Assembly: GCA_026391215.1 (NCBI GenBank)
Contig: JAPLDX010000068.1
Coordinates: 1 to 64,000, forward strand
Direction of reading: 5' to 3'
DNA length: 64,000 nucleotides
Origin: Bacteroidia bacterium
GTDB lineage: Bacteria > Bacteroidota > Bacteroidia > Bacteroidales > VadinHA17
Part shown: positions 59,084-64,000 of the stretch, in pieces
How the letters are laid out: every line of letters starts with the position of its first letter
Position numbering within the stretch: the first letter of the stretch is position 1
Program-made: the position numbers and the translations under genes
The notes under the pieces: generated by a model
The model's input: only the letters and a program-made list of their open reading frames with translations
What the model was told of the DNA's origin: nothing
The model's database searches: none

Positions 59084-60043
59084 TTTAAAAAAGAAATAAT
59101 AAGTTATTATGAAATCTATGATAGCAGTGAGCATGATCTGCTGTCTCACTGCACTTTATGCCCGCGGGAATGCGGGGTGAACAGGTTTAATAGCGGTGAT
59201 GGATATTGTGGAATGGATGCAGGGATGAATATTGCATCAATATGCATCCACAGGGGAGAAGAACCCCCGATAAGCGGTCCCGATGGCATCTGTAATATAT
59301 TTTTTGCCGGCTGCAATCTTCACTGCATCTATTGTCAGAACTATGACATAAGCAGATCTGATGGAAAAAACAGGAAAACTTCATTGACATTAGCGGAGGT
59401 TCTCGATCAGATTGAAAACATCCTTTCTGCAGGCATCAGGGCTGTCGGATTTGTCTCCCCTTCACATGTCGTTCCTCAAGTAAGGGCAATTATACGAGGA
59501 CTGAATGCAAGAGGTCTTAAGCCAATAACGGTATATAATACAAATAGTTACGACAAACCGGAGGTGATAGACGCTCTTGATGGCATGATTGATGTCTGGC
59601 TCCCTGACTACAAATATGTCACACCTGGAACAGCGAAAGAGTATTCCGATGCTTCTGATTATCCTGAGGTGTCACTGAAGGCAATAAAGCGAATGTATTA
59701 CCAGAAGGGTTCCGTACTTCAGATGGATGAGAAGGGAAGGGCAGAGAGCGGCATGCTGTTACGGCATCTAGTATTGCCGGGTCATGCTGAGGAGAGCAAA
59801 CAGGTAATGAGAAAGATCGCCGGTGAATTGTCAGCAGGAGTTCATATTTCGCTAATGTCGCAGTATCATCCGACATACGAGGTAAAAAACCATCCTGTGA
59901 TTAACAGACCCCTTTACATTAAAGAGTACAACGAAGTGACTGCAGAAATGGAGAAGCTGGGGTTCCGTAATGGCTGGCTTCAGGAGATGAACAGTTACCG
60001 GAATTACAGGCCGGATTTCAGAAAAAAGAATCCTTTTGAATAA
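59081..60043 (+). CDS. PflX-like radical SAM protein (PFL-activating-enzyme related)
   Basis: CTLCPRECGVNR, HRGEEPPISG, GCNLHCIYCQN, PDYKY, RHLVLPG and SLMSQY. Start uncertain (see findings). Confidence 0.85.
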   Translation: MFKKEIISYYEIYDSSEHDLLSHCTLCPRECGVNRFNSGDGYCGMDAGMNIASICIHRGEEPPISGPDGICNIFFAGCNLHCIYCQNYDISRSDGKNRKTSLTLAEVLDQIENILSAGIRAVGFVSPSHVVPQVRAIIRGLNARGLKPITVYNTNSYDKPEVIDALDGMIDVWLPDYKYVTPGTAKEYSDASDYPEVSLKAIKRMYYQKGSVLQMDEKGRAESGMLLRHLVLPGHAEESKQVMRKIAGELSAGVHISLMSQYHPTYEVKNHPVINRPLYIKEYNEVTAEMEKLGFRNGWLQEMNSYRNYRPDFRKKNPFE

Positions 60044-60120
60044 TTGATTTAGTGCAATTATTTTAATATATTTTCGCCGGTTTTCAATTAATGGAAACCC
60101 TTAACGGAAAGGAGCAAAAA

Positions 60121-60831
60121 ATGTGTTTCTCGGCAGGAGCAAGCTTTACGGCAGGAGCAGTCATTTCAGCTATTGGTATTGCGACGGTTAAAGAGGTTCA
60201 AAAACCGTCTCAGTGGGTATTTGCCAGCATACCTTTGATTTTTGGAATTCAGCAAATTGCAGAAGGTTGTCTGTGGATGACATTACAGAATGGTGATTAT
60301 GCTGTCATTCAGAAAATCAGTACATATATTTTTCTACTGACGGCAGATGCTCTCTGGCCGGTAATAATTCCTCTTTCTGTCCTGTTATTGGAAGAAGATA
60401 GTAAAAGGCGCAAAATATTGCGGATTCTGCTATTTACGGGCATAATCTTAGCATTGTATTATGCATATTTCATAGTGTTTTTCAAAGTGACACCTCAGAT
60501 TCTGAATTGTCATATTTATTATGACACTTTTACCCCGGAATCTCTCATGATACCTGCTTTCTTGATTTACTTATTCGTAACCATCACATCCTTGTTTGTC
60601 TCAAGCACTAAAAATATGCATCTACTGGGTATTTTAATGTTTCTGTCATGTGTGGTTTCAGTTATTTTCTATACAATAAATACTACTTCGGTCTGGTGCT
60701 TTTTTGCGGCGGTTATCAGCGGTGTGATATATTGGATCATCCGGGTACCGCAGGAGGAGAACAGTCCGATCAGCCTCAGATTAATGAAGATTATATCTGA
60801 TAACAATCCCTGGAAAAGAAGATCAAACTAA
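60121..60831 (+). CDS. Multi-pass membrane protein, DUF6629-like
   Basis: Starts MCFSAGASF. P..FG.QQ..EG..W and SVWCFFAA motifs. About 7 TM segments. Confidence 0.7.
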   Translation: MCFSAGASFTAGAVISAIGIATVKEVQKPSQWVFASIPLIFGIQQIAEGCLWMTLQNGDYAVIQKISTYIFLLTADALWPVIIPLSVLLLEEDSKRRKILRILLFTGIILALYYAYFIVFFKVTPQILNCHIYYDTFTPESLMIPAFLIYLFVTITSLFVSSTKNMHLLGILMFLSCVVSVIFYTINTTSVWCFFAAVISGVIYWIIRVPQEENSPISLRLMKIISDNNPWKRRSN

Positions 60832-60838
60832 TCCTCAT

Positions 60839-62212
60839 TTAAAATCCGGTCACCTTCCATCCTTTCCGGTAATCTCGGCGAAGGTATTTATTAGCTTCAG
60901 GATAGTTTGTCACAGCCATTTTCCCGGCATTCCATTCCAGCAATGTATCCGGGACGCGGATTGCCACCGTACCAAGGAGAATTGCCTCTGTCATCGGTCC
61001 CGTCTGTGCGAAATGAGATTCAGTCTTAGGGCCGCCCAGGCAGGCAACTACAAAGCTGTGATAATGATTACCGGCTTCGAATTCAGGTATTTTATAATTT
61101 GCGAATTTACTTTCGGGTAACAATACAGGAAATTCATCATGCGGATTAAGCAGGGCTCCTTCAGTACCAATAAGCATTGCGGATTCAGCGGGATATTCTT
61201 TTCCCGCATATAAGTCACGTACTTCCGTGGGAGGATAAAACTCTCCATCGAACCATTCCAATGGAAGAACGTCAGAATCCGTTTTATCGTTTCCCGGAAA
61301 CATCCATGTTATATGATCACCCTGGGGCCAGTTATCAGTTCTTCTTTCAGGTGAATCCTTCCATGACTTCTGAACTTCGGCTATAACAGATATAGGTGGT
61401 TTCAATCCAATACCTTTCCAGACAGCATCAAATATATGGCATCCGATGTCGCCTGACCAGCCAGTTCCAAAGTCCTGCCATGCTCTCCATTTTGTCTGAT
61501 GATATATTTCGGGAGCATAAGGACGCATAGGTGCAGTGCCGATCCAGATGTCCCAGTTCAGATTTGCCGGAGCTGCCTGTCCCTGTGGAGGACGTGGTCC
61601 AAAAAGGCGGTAATTTTCTACGGCACCAGGGCGATTGGAACAGAGATATGCATGCTTTATCTTGCCAATGGCACCGTCTTTAATTAGCTGGACCGCTGTC
61701 AGGTCACCTTTTCTCGAGGCAATCTGAGTGCCAAGCTGGGTTATCACTCCATTCTTCACTGTTGCTTCTGTAAGGGCTCGAACCTCTGCCACATCATGAC
61801 ACATTGGTTTCTGGCAATAGACATGCTTTCCCATCCTGATAGCCATCATGGCAATCGGGAAGTGATTATGATCCGGTACAGTAACATTGACAGAATCAAT
61901 ATTATTCTCTTCTTTCCTGAGAAGCTCGCGCCAGTCGGAATAAGTACGGGCATCAGGAAGAATTTCAGAGGCCTTCTTCAGATTGTCAGCATCCACATCG
62001 CATATTGCGACGATCTGTACATTCGGATCCTCTTTGAATTTATTAAGGTCTGACCATCCCATCCCCCCGACTCCTATGCAGGCATGATTAAGCTTGCCGT
62101 TTGATGATGGGGCATTCCCTGAGCATCTGATTATGAGCGGTGCGCCAATTGCGGCAGTTGCAGCCGTTTGTATAAACTTCCTTCGTGATAATGAATTGTT
62201 ATGGTTTGTCAT
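60839..62212 (-). CDS. Tat-exported Gfo/Idh/MocA oxidoreductase
   Basis: Likely start ATG at 62212. LSRRKFI, IGVGGMG, PDHNH, HVYCQKP and DFGTGWSGDIGCHI. Confidence 0.9.
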   Translation of the reverse strand: MTNHNNSLSRRKFIQTAATAAIGAPLIIRCSGNAPSSNGKLNHACIGVGGMGWSDLNKFKEDPNVQIVAICDVDADNLKKASEILPDARTYSDWRELLRKEENNIDSVNVTVPDHNHFPIAMMAIRMGKHVYCQKPMCHDVAEVRALTEATVKNGVITQLGTQIASRKGDLTAVQLIKDGAIGKIKHAYLCSNRPGAVENYRLFGPRPPQGQAAPANLNWDIWIGTAPMRPYAPEIYHQTKWRAWQDFGTGWSGDIGCHIFDAVWKGIGLKPPISVIAEVQKSWKDSPERRTDNWPQGDHITWMFPGNDKTDSDVLPLEWFDGEFYPPTEVRDLYAGKEYPAESAMLIGTEGALLNPHDEFPVLLPESKFANYKIPEFEAGNHYHSFVVACLGGPKTESHFAQTGPMTEAILLGTVAIRVPDTLLEWNAGKMAVTNYPEANKYLRRDYRKGWKVTGF

Positions 62213-62278
62213 GGCCTGATGGATAATATTAAATGCTACATAAAATGCAAGTAATGCAAGATAAGAAATTTTGCAATT

Positions 62279-62865
62279 CATGTACTCACCCCCTTCCTTC
62301 GCTACGCTCAGGTTTTCCCCCTCTCTGCTGAAGCAAAGAGGGAGAAGGATTCACCTAATAATGTCGTAGATTTTGTATTTTTATATTGTGTTAAAAAAAT
62401 ATGTCTCAATCTAAGAAATTTGATATTAAAGGAATTAAGAAGCATGCTCAAGACCTGAGAAATAATATGACTGAATCTGAAAAACTATTGTGGAGAGAGC
62501 TTAAGGGAAGGAAACTATCAGGTTCTAAGTTTTTACGTCAGCACTATATACTTTATAAAGGCAATTTAACGAGATACAATTATTTTATTGCTGATTTTTA
62601 TTGTTATGCCCGGAAAGCTGTGATTGAACTTGATGGCCCGATTCATGATACTTCAGTCGAATATGATCAATTCAGAGATTCGGAATTGCAGGAACTGGGT
62701 TTTCATATTTTACATATCAAAAATGAAGAGCTATCAAATATAAAAGAAGTTCTTTGTAAAATCATTTTATTTCTTAATCGAATAAGCAAATAATCAACTA
62801 ATTACACGAACTTACTCCCCCCTCTTTGCTTCAGCAGAGAGGGGGGCTGAGGGGGTGAGTACGTG
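62279..62865. mobile_element. Candidate 587-bp mobile element: DUF559 gene enclosed by inverted REP-like terminal repeats
   Basis: Left arm CATGTACTCACCCCCT...CCCCCTCTCTGC-TGAA-GCAAAGAGGGAG. Reverse complement of the right arm: CACGTACTCACCCCCTCAGCCCCCCTCTCTGC-TGAA-GCAAAGAGGGGGG. Mobility is inferred. Confidence 0.6.
62401..62793 (+). CDS. DUF559 endonuclease-domain protein (Vsr-like fold)
   Basis: LRNNMTESEKLLWRELK, FLRQH, IADFYC, IELDGPIH, YDQFRD and GFHILHIKN. Confidence 0.92.
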   Translation: MSQSKKFDIKGIKKHAQDLRNNMTESEKLLWRELKGRKLSGSKFLRQHYILYKGNLTRYNYFIADFYCYARKAVIELDGPIHDTSVEYDQFRDSELQELGFHILHIKNEELSNIKEVLCKIILFLNRISK

Positions 62866-62871
62866 TTGTAC

Positions 62872-62900
62872 AAAACAAAAACCCCGCTTTTGGCGGGGTT
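62872..62900 (-). terminator. Intrinsic terminator of the 62952 gene
   Basis: AACCCCGC/GCGGGGTT stem followed on the minus strand by TTTGTTTT. Confidence 0.75.
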
Positions 62901-62951
62901 GCGAGTCTCAAAGACTCCTGGCACACATTATCTTATCTGCTATATGTTGCC

Positions 62952-63998
62952 TTATCTTATTCTATCATTTTCTTCAGGTTTTTCAGGTTTATCAGCTCGT
63001 CTGGTAACAGTTTCGGTTTTGGTCTCAGCCGGAGCACTTTTGCGTTCCGGCTGGCTTTCTGCAGGTCTGGAAACCTTGGGAGCTTCCTCTCTCTGAGCTG
63101 GTTCAGGTCTGCTGACGACTCTTTCAGCCGGCTCCGGCCTGGAGATCACCCTTTCCTGAACTGGTTCAGGTTCCCTTCTGGTCTCAACAGCCTTTTCAGA
63201 CGGTTCAGGCCTTGAAGCTGGTCTCTCATAACCGGTGTCAGCCGGTCTGCGAACCGGGGCAGAAGCTTCATCTGAAGAGGACTTCGTCACGGGCCTTTCC
63301 TCAACAGTGGTTGTTGACCTTCTTACATCTCCTGTATTCTGATCAGATGATGATTTTATTACAGGTCTATCATCAACAGTTGTGGTTGATCTGCGTGAGG
63401 TACCTGTGCTCTGACGGTTGGAGGGATCAGTAGCGCTCCTGCTGTTTGTAACATTATCTGAACGTCTGGTGCTGCCTGTGGTGTTACTCGTAGTTGCCTG
63501 GTCACGGGTTGACTGAGAGACTGACCTTCTGGTCTGGCTGATAACGGGAGTATTCTCCTGTGTCCTTTTTTCCTGATCAGGATGAGTTGAGGTGAAAAGA
63601 ACCTCGCCATCACGCCTCTGTTCAGGGTGTGAATAAGTGGATTTATATTTACCGTCATTGATGTTATGGTCAATTTGCGGTGAATGTGAACGTATCCCTG
63701 AGTAATAAAAGTCATTATATCCATGGTAGCGGGGATGATCCCAATGATGGTAATGATTGTAGTAATGATGGCACCAGTTATAATGATAACCGTAGTAGTA
63801 GTGCCAGTAGTATGGCTGCCATGGATCCCAGTAAGGAGGGTAATAACCCCAGTACCATGAAGAATGCCACATGACATAATCAGGGTAATACATGAATCTT
63901 ATCATCGGCCAGTCGGCTATTTCATAAAAATCAGTATAAACAATGGTTACATTGCTCTTACTGTTCTTCTTACCCAGGTAGCCGGGATTAGGAGTCTC
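62952..63998 (-). CDS. Partial (5'-truncated) hypothetical protein with a Tyr/Trp/His-rich segment and a repetitive disordered tail
   Basis: The frame stays open to the window edge (ETPNPGYLGKKNSKSNVTIVYTDFYEIADWPM...). Aromatic/His block followed by a 24-aa-period RR-anchored tail. Confidence 0.8.
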   Translation of the reverse strand, partial: ETPNPGYLGKKNSKSNVTIVYTDFYEIADWPMIRFMYYPDYVMWHSSWYWGYYPPYWDPWQPYYWHYYYGYHYNWCHHYYNHYHHWDHPRYHGYNDFYYSGIRSHSPQIDHNINDGKYKSTYSHPEQRRDGEVLFTSTHPDQEKRTQENTPVISQTRRSVSQSTRDQATTSNTTGSTRRSDNVTNSRSATDPSNRQSTGTSRRSTTTVDDRPVIKSSSDQNTGDVRRSTTTVEERPVTKSSSDEASAPVRRPADTGYERPASRPEPSEKAVETRREPEPVQERVISRPEPAERVVSRPEPAQREEAPKVSRPAESQPERKSAPAETKTETVTRRADKPEKPEENDRIR

Positions 63999-64000
63999 CT

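Noticed and set aside
62270-62875. Classical IS element with a target-site duplication
   Set aside because: No DDE, HUH or serine transposase is present and no flanking direct repeat is visible. Kept only as a candidate REP-associated element.
63359-63877. Alternative-frame Thr/Ile-rich ORF
   Set aside because: A by-product of the Tyr/His codon-rich main frame, with no independent evidence.

Overview
A 64-kb chromosomal window from a Bacteroidota organism (most likely an anaerobic Bacteroidales lineage), judged from SusC/SusD, SprA, TAnnTTTG -7 promoters, an SOR-like protein and mqnC. The core genes are M23-dxr-rseP, tatA, mqnC, pepA-pdxA-ruvA-sprA, gcvH and rimP-nusA-infB. A ~28.6-kb carbohydrate block sits between sprA and gcvH. 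It holds a maltose/alpha-glucan operon (MFS, pgmB, GH65, two GH13), a GH130-DUF1080-Gfo/Idh/MocA module, three tandem ~1100-aa VCBS/ASPIC-UnbV lipoproteins behind susCD, and a LacI regulator whose likely 16-bp operator appears near both ends. The most unusual signal is a family of C/G-rich hairpin repeats (REP-like, typically ending in CAYGTAC). One inverted pair encloses a DUF559 endonuclease gene (62279-62865), and gene-less copies sit at 31276-31392, 13378-13475 and 14629-14651. This looks like an autonomous/non-autonomous mobile repeat system associated with DUF559 rather than a RAYT/HUH transposase. SprA also appears to have an in-frame internal deletion. All family calls come from motif recognition only; no database searches were run.
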